The translations under genes were made by a program, and so were the position numbers. Positions 7,754-16,176 of a stretch of DNA of 20,000 nucleotides are shown in pieces; position 1 is the stretch's first letter; each line of letters begins with the position of its first letter. The notes beneath the pieces are model-generated. The model was not told the origin of the DNA and did no database searches. It saw nothing but the letters and a program-made list of their open reading frames with translations. The DNA lies in the IMG/VR virus record IMGVR_UViG_2860841867_000002, positions 47,746 through 67,745 of that record; one strand, given 5' to 3'. Source of the stretch: an uncultured virus (IMG/VR IMGVR_UViG_2860841867_000002). Taxonomy: Duplodnaviria; Heunggongvirae; Uroviricota; Caudoviricetes.

Positions 7754-8864
7754 AGTATTCCTCTCCCTTGTAATTTAATTGGATGTCCTTTATAGGGGCA
7801 GCGACGAGAGGGTCTAATCCGGCATCGATCATATCACCCACAACGATGCTTGAAAACAGGAAGTTGAATTCTTGTGTGAATGTACTATACGCGCAGGCCA
7901 GATCTGATAAGGTCCCATCCTTGATCAATTGGAAGTACCGCAGAAATAGATTTTTTTCGCCTAGTATCATGTCTTTCGGTGTTGGTAAATTTTGAGGAAT
8001 CTCCCCTTTCTCTTTATACGAATAAAATCCCTCGACTAACTTCAATGTGTTTTTTGCTTCCGCAGCAATCCTCAAATCGTTTGTCTTTTTTGCCTCATCA
8101 GCGCTCATCCTTATATAGCGAAGACACTCTTTCTTATCTTCCTCTATAAAAGAAACACCCATGTAATAATACCCGTCAGATTTCGTTTTCGCACTTAAAT
8201 TCGAAGAAAAAAGAAATTCTGCATGACGTCGCGCTTTTGAAAGATCTTTAAGATATAAATAAGCAGGCGCAAATACTTCGGAGAGTCTGATAAGATAACA
8301 CTCTTTAAAAAACGTTTTCCTTGCGTCACTTAATTCGTATATCTCTTTTTCGATATCGGAAGCTTTTTCAACGATTGTTGCATATTTATTTTCAAAATAA
8401 AGACAGTAGCAAGAAAAGATATCTTTCAAAACCTTTAATTCTTTATCCTTTCCGCATTTTAAAGTGTTCACATAATTCCTCAACTCTTGTGGTCTGAATT
8501 CCCCTAACATGTAGTTATATATTACCTGATAAAATTGTGTATAATTGATTAGGTTGGAATCCATTCTATGCGCTTTCAGCAATTTTTCTAACAAAGGAAT
8601 ATCACGCTTTATTGCCGCATACTCAAAAGCATGTTTAATAGCCTCAGTTGTAGTTAGTTTCAAACACCATTCTTGCATTAATTCATGATACTTCGCTTTA
8701 TAGAAAAATTGTGACAATTTTAATAATGTTCGAAATCCGATTTTCCCAGTTCTTTTGAAATTGTAAAGCTGATTCACATGAATATTTAATTTACTTGCAG
8801 CTGAATCAAAATCCAAAAACAAATCGTCGAAACAGTTTAAAACATCTTGCTGAAGTGCGCCCAA
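7686..8864 (-). CDS. aimR: AimR-family lysis-lysogeny peptide receptor (HTH plus TPR, RRNPP)
   Basis: 392 aa; N-terminal HTH with KIGFRTLLKL, then AIKHAFEYA, an all-helical TPR-like remainder, and a secreted peptide gene directly downstream. Confidence 0.85.
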   Translation of the reverse strand: MGALQQDVLNCFDDLFLDFDSAASKLNIHVNQLYNFKRTGKIGFRTLLKLSQFFYKAKYHELMQEWCLKLTTTEAIKHAFEYAAIKRDIPLLEKLLKAHRMDSNLINYTQFYQVIYNYMLGEFRPQELRNYVNTLKCGKDKELKVLKDIFSCYCLYFENKYATIVEKASDIEKEIYELSDARKTFFKECYLIRLSEVFAPAYLYLKDLSKARRHAEFLFSSNLSAKTKSDGYYYMGVSFIEEDKKECLRYIRMSADEAKKTNDLRIAAEAKNTLKLVEGFYSYKEKGEIPQNLPTPKDMILGEKNLFLRYFQLIKDGTLSDLACAYSTFTQEFNFLFSSIVVGDMIDAGLDPLVAAPIKDIQLNYKGEEYFEKDFIGSFIYSGGSASGKFVN

Positions 8865-8887
8865 ATTTAAACCCCCTCTATTTTTAA

Positions 8888-8940
8888 TTGCGCTCGTTTA
8901 TATTTCTAAGTATAATACATATGTGTACTTTTGTACACAT
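8888..8940. promoter_or_regulatory. Divergent aimR/xre promoters with a palindromic operator
   Basis: Plus strand TTGCGC-N17-TATAAT (8888-8916); minus strand TGTACA-N17-TATACT; perfect inverted repeat ATGTGTAC-tttt-GTACACAT (8921-8940). Confidence 0.65.
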
Positions 8941-8972
8941 TATTATTCAAAAAATTTGGAAGGAAGATAATT

Positions 8973-9170
8973 ATGATTGATTATTCTCCATTATTTAAAT
9001 GTCTTAATGAAAAAGAAATAGCTTTGAGTCATTTCCGTGAAAAAGGACTAAATTCTAAAACGCAGGCTCGTATAAATAAGGGACAAGCTGTAAGTCTCTC
9101 GACAATTGAGTTTTTGTGCAAGGAATTAGACGTTCCGATCGAATGTGTCGTTAGGATCATAAGGGACTAG
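8973..9170 (+). CDS. XRE/Cro-C1-type HTH regulator (65 aa)
   Basis: MIDYSPL...VSLSTIEFLCKELDVPIECVV; ATG at 8973 follows GGAAGGA. Confidence 0.85.
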   Translation: MIDYSPLFKCLNEKEIALSHFREKGLNSKTQARINKGQAVSLSTIEFLCKELDVPIECVVRIIRD

Positions 9171-9231
9171 CTAACCTAGCGAGATATTATCGTCTAGTGT
9201 AAAATAGTACGGACACCTTTAATGATGGGAG

Positions 9232-9471
9232 GTGTTTGTTACGTTTAAGGTCGGCAAATGCCGGATACCCGAACTTTGCCATAAACGCGGTATTGATCAG
9301 ACTCAACTCGCAGCTAAAGTCGGTTTAACAAAACAGCACATAACGGACTACGTAAGCCTCCGCAACATTCCAAGCATCGAGCGAGCTTATAATATCGCTC
9401 ATGTACTTGGTTGTGTTCCTGAAGATCTTTACGAATGGTCCGAGGTATCCGGCAATAACACGGAGGGTTAA
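9232..9471 (+). CDS. XRE-family HTH regulator
   Basis: RGIDQTQLAAKVGLTKQHITDY...PSIERAYNIAHVLGC; the start codon is uncertain. Confidence 0.85.
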   Translation: MFVTFKVGKCRIPELCHKRGIDQTQLAAKVGLTKQHITDYVSLRNIPSIERAYNIAHVLGCVPEDLYEWSEVSGNNTEG

Positions 9472-10487
9472 TATAACCTCCGCCGACCTTTAGTACGGGT
9501 ATTCCCGTACTGTAAACTCACCCGCCACTTCTTAACGTCATCCGCACGCTCATACACCGCCTTCAACTCCGCTCTCCCCTTCGCAAGCAATAATTCATTC
9601 GCATCCTTTCCTTCCGTAATATATACGTGTGCCAGTCCGACTTTCCCGTATAAATAACGCTCGACCTCCGCACGCAACTTCTCGCCGGCCTTATCGTTAT
9701 CCGTCACGATGGTTACGTGTTCGACCGGAGACTGGACGATAATGTCCGCCTTCCGTTGGTTGAACGAAGACCCACCGGTCCCGATCGCCGGCACTCCCGC
9801 CGTCATCCACGATTGCGCATCGATCTCCGCCTCGCATAAGACAACGCGTGTCAGCCGCCGGTCATACACGACATTCATTCCGTAAACAAGGTCCCGTATC
9901 GGCCAGCCGTCTTTAACGTACCAGAACGCCTTGCCCCGCTTTGACCGGTACTTCACGTTAGCGAGCCGCCCGTTCGGCAGCCGCCAGGGCAACGCAACCG
10001 CACCGCCAACCATTCCGACGCCCATTAGCCGCTGGACCGCCGGCATGATTCCGCGCTTGTTTAAATAATCGTTAGGCCCCGCAACCACGTCGTCGAGAAT
10101 CGATTCGCTTAGATGTTCGCGATTCTTTGCGATCTTCAGCTTCGGCAGCCTTAGCGTTAATTTACCGTTATCTGAATCCGGCGCATACGCATCGATGAGG
10201 TATTCGACCGTCTCCTCTTCGGTTTCTTCGCGCAAGAACGCTAGCAGCTTAACGAAGCCACCCCGTGCATACTCTGCGTCATAATAGCCGCTATCGCCCC
10301 AATAGCCGGCCTTTGCGGATGTCGTATCGTCAAGATATACGTAAAAACTCGGCGTCCGGTCATATCGGAAAGGACTTGCGGCCAGGAGCCGCTCATCCGT
10401 CCAGGTCGGCCGCGTCCATTCGAACTGTTCGAGCTCATATCGTATGTCGACGTCGACCGGACGGCCGTTTAACGTCAATGTCGGCAC
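9468..10487 (-). CDS. Phage DNA primase (TOPRIM)
   Basis: SPFRYDRTPSF, YLNKRGI, LCEAEIDA, TDNDKAG, KDANE. Confidence 0.9.
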   Translation of the reverse strand: MPTLTLNGRPVDVDIRYELEQFEWTRPTWTDERLLAASPFRYDRTPSFYVYLDDTTSAKAGYWGDSGYYDAEYARGGFVKLLAFLREETEEETVEYLIDAYAPDSDNGKLTLRLPKLKIAKNREHLSESILDDVVAGPNDYLNKRGIMPAVQRLMGVGMVGGAVALPWRLPNGRLANVKYRSKRGKAFWYVKDGWPIRDLVYGMNVVYDRRLTRVVLCEAEIDAQSWMTAGVPAIGTGGSSFNQRKADIIVQSPVEHVTIVTDNDKAGEKLRAEVERYLYGKVGLAHVYITEGKDANELLLAKGRAELKAVYERADDVKKWRVSLQYGNTRTKGRRRLY

Positions 10488-10508
10488 TTTCGTCTCACTC
10501 CTTTCGTC

Positions 10509-11837
10509 TTAGAAATCGAACTGATCCGCTCCCCCTAGCTGCTTAATGACGCCAAACTGCGGCAAATAAACGATCTCTGCGCGCTGACCTTCGCCGCCAT
10601 CCCGGCCTTTGTTCAGACCGATCAGGCCCCGACCTTCCTCTGCGTTCGTATCCACCGCAATCAATAGCGCAGCATCTTCGAGAAGAGCCTTTGTTTTCTT
10701 GACGTCTTTACGCTGCGGCAACTTTAATTCGGAATCAGCGTCTTTCCCTTCGCCTTCTTCCGCTTGCGTCAACGCAAAGACAGTCGTTTTTGTTTGTCCG
10801 GCCAGACGACGGAGTTTCATCGATGTATTAGCCGCGTCTCCCCCCGCAGTCTTTGACGTGTTCTTTTCGTAATCGAGGTAGTAAAACGGATCGATTAGAA
10901 CGACGTCAGCTTTCGTTTCGAGGATATCCGCTTTTAAATCCCGCAGTTTCCGGGAGCCGAAGTCTTCGTCGTCTACCGCGCGGACAATAATATTACCCGG
11001 GATCAGTTCGTTCATCTTATCGAGGAATTCCATAAAGCCGGCTTCGAATTCGTCGGAAAGCTTGCCCTGGCGTACATCGCGCGAATTAAATCCGGCCTCA
11101 ATATCGACGCCATCAAGATTCGCTTTTGTCACGCCAATGCTTGCCGAAATGGAAACGTAAAGCCTGACGAGAACCTCATACCATCCCATCTCCATCGACC
11201 AAATCAGAACGTTCGCCCCCTGCATCGCGCAATTAATCGCTTCCTCCAACGCAATGGCCGATTTTCCCCGGCCGGACTTCCCGTAAATAACATATACGTT
11301 CGATGAAACATAGCCGCCCATCGCCCGGTTTATGAAGTCGAATTTACTGAGCCAGATCCGGAAAGACTCGCCAGCCTTGCGGTTTTCGTATTCGGCTTTG
11401 AATTTGTCGGTATCTTTTTTGATGTCGGTACCGATAGAACTACGAACGTTTGTTCTTATTTTAAGACTTTCGACTTTTTCCGTCAACCATGAAAATAATT
11501 CTTCCGGATTATCTTGCGCTTGGCTAAACCGGTCCGGAAGCTCCTTTTCCGCGATATCAACGAACTCTCGCAACGCAGCCTGTTTCCGTAGTTTTTCCGC
11601 AAGGTAATCGTAATTGGCCTCGATATTAAAATCCGGCTGGAAGTCCGGAACCTCATTCGCTACCATTTCGGCCGTCGGTGCCTGGCCTCCGTGTTTCTCC
11701 GCATATTCCGTGATGTATCGGAGTGCCTTGCGTTCGCCTTCCGTCGGCAGATCCTCCGCGGTAATATTAAAGCGCAGCAGCGCGTTCGGATCGTTCTGCT
11801 CGATCACTTTCGATAGCATTAAAACACCGTAGTTCAT
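10509..11837 (-). CDS. DnaB-like replicative helicase
   Basis: Walker A GKSGRGKS, SMEM, VLIDPFY, LTQA, KGRDG. Confidence 0.9.
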   Translation of the reverse strand: MNYGVLMLSKVIEQNDPNALLRFNITAEDLPTEGERKALRYITEYAEKHGGQAPTAEMVANEVPDFQPDFNIEANYDYLAEKLRKQAALREFVDIAEKELPDRFSQAQDNPEELFSWLTEKVESLKIRTNVRSSIGTDIKKDTDKFKAEYENRKAGESFRIWLSKFDFINRAMGGYVSSNVYVIYGKSGRGKSAIALEEAINCAMQGANVLIWSMEMGWYEVLVRLYVSISASIGVTKANLDGVDIEAGFNSRDVRQGKLSDEFEAGFMEFLDKMNELIPGNIIVRAVDDEDFGSRKLRDLKADILETKADVVLIDPFYYLDYEKNTSKTAGGDAANTSMKLRRLAGQTKTTVFALTQAEEGEGKDADSELKLPQRKDVKKTKALLEDAALLIAVDTNAEEGRGLIGLNKGRDGGEGQRAEIVYLPQFGVIKQLGGADQFDF

Positions 11838-12037
11838 CCGCGATCCCTCCTCACTCTCTTAACGTAAATCACTCGGACGCCTCTTTTCGCCTGCTCTGCG
11901 ATTTCGATTCGAATACGGAAGAAGTCGGCGGCTTTGCCGAACATATCCGAAATGTAATTCGCAGCGACACCGATGTAATAAAACGCCCAATCTAGCGCAG
12001 CAAACGTCCACTTTAACGGATAGAGTAGGCGGTACAT
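11834..12037 (-). CDS. Small hypothetical protein
   Basis: ORF with GGGAGG RBS, coupled to the helicase by ATGA overlap. Confidence 0.65.
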   Translation of the reverse strand: MYRLLYPLKWTFAALDWAFYYIGVAANYISDMFGKAADFFRIRIEIAEQAKRGVRVIYVKRVRRDRG

Positions 12038-12093
12038 CACCGCTTGACCTCCCGCTTTAATTTCGCCTTAGCTTCGTCCTGCTTCGCCTTGTA

Positions 12094-12537
12094 TTACTCG
12101 TCGCCGTACATCGCTTCCAGACGTTTGTAATCGTTTAACTCGTCGAGCAGCTCATCGATTTTCTTCGTTTTCTTTTTCGCCATATCATCCCACGCCTTTT
12201 CTAGTCCTTCGCTAAGCTTAGCTACGGTATCGGCATACGGTAATTCCGGAAGAAATTCCGCAAAGTGAAACGCCGTTCCCTCCGGCTCCGGATAGTTTTC
12301 GTAATCAACTCCGTCAAGATATTCGTCAACAAACTGACTGCGGCAGACTAGGCGGATATCGTTCGCATCAGCGAGAATCCATTCGCCATGTATTGCGTCT
12401 GTCAGATCGAACTCAACGTAAGTAGAAACGCCGGTATCATCCGTTTCCTTAACGTCCCGACGCGCATCCACGAAGAAAATGCGGTCAGGATATCCGTCTA
12501 CTGCGACTAGGTCTCCGAAAGTGATTTCGGCTTTCAT
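12094..12537 (-). CDS. Hypothetical protein, probably truncated by a premature TAA
   Basis: The frame continues 18 codons past the TAA to a TGA overlapping the next ATG. Confidence 0.7.
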   Translation of the reverse strand: MKAEITFGDLVAVDGYPDRIFFVDARRDVKETDDTGVSTYVEFDLTDAIHGEWILADANDIRLVCRSQFVDEYLDGVDYENYPEPEGTAFHFAEFLPELPYADTVAKLSEGLEKAWDDMAKKKTKKIDELLDELNDYKRLEAMYGDE

Positions 12538-12905
12538 GATCGACCACTCCCGTAATAAACGATCGATATTTTTAACCCATGCTCCCTTGCGAGATCGATC
12601 ATATGCTTAGTTCCTCGGCTCTTCCCGTCCCAAAACGCCACGAGTGCGTCAGCTTCTTTCGCCATCTCCTTATTACGAATATATCCCGCAGCCTTTCCGA
12701 ATCTATCCCAATCGGCCGGGTGCTCACTTACCCTATATCCGCGTTCGTCAGCGTATCTTTCTCCGAGAGCATCGGCTCCCCTTGCCTTTCCGGAAACGAT
12801 TATAATTTCTTCGTCCTGTCTATTTCGCAAAACTGAGTCCATCTTTTGGCGCAATAATTCGTAGTTATTGAAATCGCGTCCGCCGGCAATAATCACTTTA
12901 ATCAT
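12534..12905 (-). CDS. SLOG-superfamily (DUF2493/YspA-like) protein
   Basis: IIAGGRDF, SGKARGAD, PADW...AAGYIRN, FWDGKSRGT. Confidence 0.85.
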   Translation of the reverse strand: MIKVIIAGGRDFNNYELLRQKMDSVLRNRQDEEIIIVSGKARGADALGERYADERGYRVSEHPADWDRFGKAAGYIRNKEMAKEADALVAFWDGKSRGTKHMIDLAREHGLKISIVYYGSGRS

Positions 12906-13684
12906 CTCCGTAGCCCCCTTTTCGATTCACCTTCGAATCCATGCACTATACATAAGTCGCGAATTCTATCGTAAATACGGTGCTCGCCGAACACGCCCGG
13001 CAAACGTTCAATCGAAATGTTGCTCGTATAGATTGTCGGCAACTGATTCGTCACTCTCGCGTTAATTATGCCGTGTAAATCACCGCGAAATCCGTCCGTT
13101 ACGTTCCGTACACCAATGTCGTCCAGAACCGCAAAGGGCGCCGTCTTAGCCGCTTCTAGCGCGCGGTAGTAACGGGTGGCGGCGGGCTCTGCGACCGAGT
13201 CCGGAACACGCGGCCGATTGAATTCGTTATAATCGTCTTGCCATTCGTTCACATCGAGGAAATAGGCCGGACGCAGTGACGGCGTTAAACCTCTCCGCAA
13301 AGATCCGCTGTAATGGACGCGCAGCCATTCGTTAAGGAGCGCCGCTGCTGTCGTCGTCTTTCCGGTGCCGGAGTTCGCGCTGAAGAGATACAACGACTTG
13401 ATACGGTCAGCCGGTTCGATATAGCCTTCCGTTTGCTCAAACTGACGCTCGAACGTCTTGACGTAGTTTTCAACCGATTTATATATCGCTGGCTGATCCG
13501 CTCTGGCTGGCGAATTGGCAAGCGTTGTCAGTCGATATTCTCGCGGTAAGCCTGCCGCCGCTGACCGCCCGCCGTTTCCTGTCGCGCCGTGTAGTGCGAT
13601 GAAGTGCGGGCATCGGCGGTTACAGGCGGACGTGCCGGCCGCTTTGCATCCGGTAGCCAGGACGCAGTTTCTTTCGTTAGTCAA
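12902..13684 (-). CDS. DnaC/IstB-like ATPase (helicase loader)
   Basis: N-terminal Cys cluster, SGTGKTT, VLDDIG, IINAR, TIYTSN, RIYDRI. Confidence 0.9.
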   Translation of the reverse strand: MTNERNCVLATGCKAAGTSACNRRCPHFIALHGATGNGGRSAAAGLPREYRLTTLANSPARADQPAIYKSVENYVKTFERQFEQTEGYIEPADRIKSLYLFSANSGTGKTTTAAALLNEWLRVHYSGSLRRGLTPSLRPAYFLDVNEWQDDYNEFNRPRVPDSVAEPAATRYYRALEAAKTAPFAVLDDIGVRNVTDGFRGDLHGIINARVTNQLPTIYTSNISIERLPGVFGEHRIYDRIRDLCIVHGFEGESKRGLRR

Positions 13685-13702
13685 TGGCGTTCACTCCTTT
13701 CG

Positions 13703-13849
13703 TTAGTTCTCGATTACGTTTACTACGTGGATATTTCCGTTGTGTTTGTCTACGAGGAGATATACGGTGTACTCATCCCCTTTTACGACGTGTAGCATAC
13801 CTTCGACGAAATCGAGATCAGTCGTTACTCTTGCTGGATCGTATGTCAT
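13703..13849 (-). CDS. Hypothetical 48-aa protein (not in ORF track)
   Basis: MTYDPARVTTDLDFVEGMLHVVKGDEYTVYLLVDKHNGNIHVVNVIEN; ATGA overlap; fills the gap between genes. Confidence 0.6.
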   Translation of the reverse strand: MTYDPARVTTDLDFVEGMLHVVKGDEYTVYLLVDKHNGNIHVVNVIEN

Positions 13850-14916
13850 TCGCCCACCCCCGTCCGGCTGTCATCGACGATTTTTAAGAACGACTCTTCT
13901 CCGTATTCATCAATCCCTTCCGTTACTGTAGGTAAATAATCGAATCCTCCATCCTCATAAAAAACCTTATCCTCGTTTACATCCACGATTTTTCCGTAAT
14001 AATCCGCGACCTCATTAATTTCGAAACTACCGACAACATCCCCCACACGAACCTCAGTCGGCTGCGGTGCGTTAAGATATTCGTCAGGTACTTCGAGTCC
14101 AAGTGCACGATGAAGAGCGATGGCTTCTCCGATATGGACGTTGAAGCAGTCGTCTGGTGCGGCCTTGGCGATTCCTCTGCGGACTATGTTCGTACATCCT
14201 CTCAGCTTTCTCAAAACCACGACGGTTCTTTTTTCGGTGTTTACGATGAATTCGTGATCATGTCCGATGTCTCTTTTGAGTAAACCCGATACATCCGCCT
14301 TCGCCTGCTCAACGATTTCATCTCGACGTTCTTGTGCGGTCTTTTCCTGCGGCCGCATATAAGTCGCATCCATGTCCGCATCGAATTTTCCTTGCTTATA
14401 ACCTTCGCCATAAGAGCGCAGTCTGATCGCCCTCATAACCGCTTCTCCATGTGCGATTAGCTCATCGTATCCCATTGCGTCCAAATCAATTTTCATTCCG
14501 TCAGCCTCCTCGTTTTTAACTTCGTTATTGATGATAACTTCGTATTGCTCGTCGCTTAAATACTCAGGTAGTTTTCCTAAAACTACCCTTACAAACACTC
14601 CAGAATAGTCTCTTTCTATAGGGCTATTAGAGAAAGTACCAACAACCTCAGCCTTCTCGTATGGAAGTATATACGTATTTAGTTCAGGGGGATCGATAAC
14701 TAGAACCTTCTCACCAACTTTGGCCGGACGCTTTTCTGTGACGATGAGTTCAGCGTCTTCTTTAGCTACTAAACAACCATCAATACTTCCGTTATATACC
14801 ACATAGTCGGCGTTGTCTTCCCGTGCGACTTCGAAAACTTCACCAATCTTATCTGTGTACCAGTACCTAGATCCACTTGCTTTCTTAATCCGCACATACT
14901 TTTTCGTTTTAGCCAT
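13846..14916 (-). CDS. Multidomain hypothetical phage protein
   Basis: 356-aa ORF with KVGE/RVGD modules and a GIAKAAPDDCFNVHIGEAIALHRA domain. Confidence 0.8.
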   Translation of the reverse strand: MAKTKKYVRIKKASGSRYWYTDKIGEVFEVAREDNADYVVYNGSIDGCLVAKEDAELIVTEKRPAKVGEKVLVIDPPELNTYILPYEKAEVVGTFSNSPIERDYSGVFVRVVLGKLPEYLSDEQYEVIINNEVKNEEADGMKIDLDAMGYDELIAHGEAVMRAIRLRSYGEGYKQGKFDADMDATYMRPQEKTAQERRDEIVEQAKADVSGLLKRDIGHDHEFIVNTEKRTVVVLRKLRGCTNIVRRGIAKAAPDDCFNVHIGEAIALHRALGLEVPDEYLNAPQPTEVRVGDVVGSFEINEVADYYGKIVDVNEDKVFYEDGGFDYLPTVTEGIDEYGEESFLKIVDDSRTGVGE

Positions 14917-15286
14917 TCCGTAACCACCCTTCAGCCGTTTTAATCGCTATTTCTGCATGTTGCAACGTCAAAGGTTCCGCACCTTCATCCGTCATAAACA
15001 GCGCATGACCGACTCTTCCGCGCTCTTTGTACCACATCATAACGATATAGCCCCCGTACCCTTCGTAAGTTGCCGGCGCATAATTGTCGCTTAAAGGCAC
15101 GTACCCTATTGAACCGCAAGAATCATCGTCACGATCAGAATTCCCGAGTCCCTCCGATAACCTACGTAATTTACTCATCGTTGCGCAGTTCCAATTCTTT
15201 GGCGAAAATACGCCATTTTCGAAAGCACAAACCGGATCTGATCCTTCCCACGTTTTTCCGCGTTCTTTACACAATCTACATGCCAT
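14909..15286 (-). CDS. Cys-rich hypothetical protein (125 aa)
   Basis: Start MACRLCK at 15286 after GGAGGG. The longer ORF-track version overlaps the upstream gene. Confidence 0.75.
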   Translation of the reverse strand: MACRLCKERGKTWEGSDPVCAFENGVFSPKNWNCATMSKLRRLSEGLGNSDRDDDSCGSIGYVPLSDNYAPATYEGYGGYIVMMWYKERGRVGHALFMTDEGAEPLTLQHAEIAIKTAEGWLRNG

Positions 15287-15302
15287 CTCGCAATCCCTCC
15301 GT

Positions 15303-15686
15303 TTAATAAAAGTCGTCGCCGATTTCCGCCTGCTGCTTCCGCCTTTGTTGCGCCGCTTCTTCGGCCCTGATTTCCGCCACTGCCCGCTGCAAATTCCGTC
15401 CCATATACGTCTGCATAAATCCGAAGCTGATACCCGGCCATTCTGCCGTAGGCCTGTATTCCGCAAAGCACAGATCGATGAATCGCTTCGTTGCTTCCGG
15501 CCCGTATTCGCCCGGCTTCCGCTTCGTTCCGACCCAGCGCCCGAGCATTCCCGCTTCCGCCTTCCATGGTTCGCGAGTAGGCATCGGAACGTAAGGGACG
15601 CCGTACAGCCGCTCATGCTCCGCTTTTAAATACGCCTGGAAGTCGCGTACATTCCACTTAAATACCGGTTTATCTGTCGTCGGCAT
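15303..15686 (-). CDS. Hypothetical protein, possibly replication-associated
   Basis: Start MPTTDK after AAGGTGA; operon context. Confidence 0.7.
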   Translation of the reverse strand: MPTTDKPVFKWNVRDFQAYLKAEHERLYGVPYVPMPTREPWKAEAGMLGRWVGTKRKPGEYGPEATKRFIDLCFAEYRPTAEWPGISFGFMQTYMGRNLQRAVAEIRAEEAAQQRRKQQAEIGDDFY

Positions 15687-16056
15687 TTTCGTCACCTTCT
15701 TCGTCATTGATCCCGGCTATTTGGACTCCGAGAGCATCCAACGTTCTACGGACTGATCGCTTCATGAGCAAGTACTTGCCTTTGTCCTCATGGAACTGTG
15801 CTCGATCGTACCCATCGCAGAGTTTCTCGTAATATTCCCGCACCTTCTCCTCCGGCGTCTTTTCGACTTCATATCCGTTGATTAATGCGGCTGCGAGCGT
15901 CATGATGTCGATAGTATTAATTCCGGAATATTCATCTCCAAAATGACAACAGTGCACTTTAGCAGTAAGCAGTTCTTCTTTTGTCCCCACCTCTAAAAAC
16001 GCCTCTATCGAATCCGACTGATCCTTCGTAATTACCGGCTTTTTAATTTCGCTCAT
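15670..16056 (-). CDS. Hypothetical protein (DUF1642-like)
   Basis: LAAALINGYEVEK motif; GAGGAGG RBS. Confidence 0.65.
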   Translation of the reverse strand: MSEIKKPVITKDQSDSIEAFLEVGTKEELLTAKVHCCHFGDEYSGINTIDIMTLAAALINGYEVEKTPEEKVREYYEKLCDGYDRAQFHEDKGKYLLMKRSVRRTLDALGVQIAGINDEEGDENADDR

Positions 16057-16176
16057 CTATTCGTCCTCCTCTAACGCTTCGAGTTCTTCTTCTAATTCGC
16101 GAATCTCTTCTAACAACCCGTCAATCTCGACATGTAAATGCTGAATATCCTCGATGATTTCATCACGTCTTGTCAT
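16057..16176 (-). CDS. Highly acidic 39-aa protein (not in ORF track)
   Basis: MTRRDEIIEDIQHLHVEIDGLLEEIRELEEELEALEEDE; AAGGAGG RBS; abuts both neighbours. Confidence 0.7.
   Translation of the reverse strand: MTRRDEIIEDIQHLHVEIDGLLEEIRELEEELEALEEDE

Noticed and set aside
15175..15616. Alternative-frame ORF 15175-15567 and the long N-terminus of 14909-15616
   Set aside because: Both overlap the 15303-15686 gene; the downstream gene has its own RBS and ATG at 15286.
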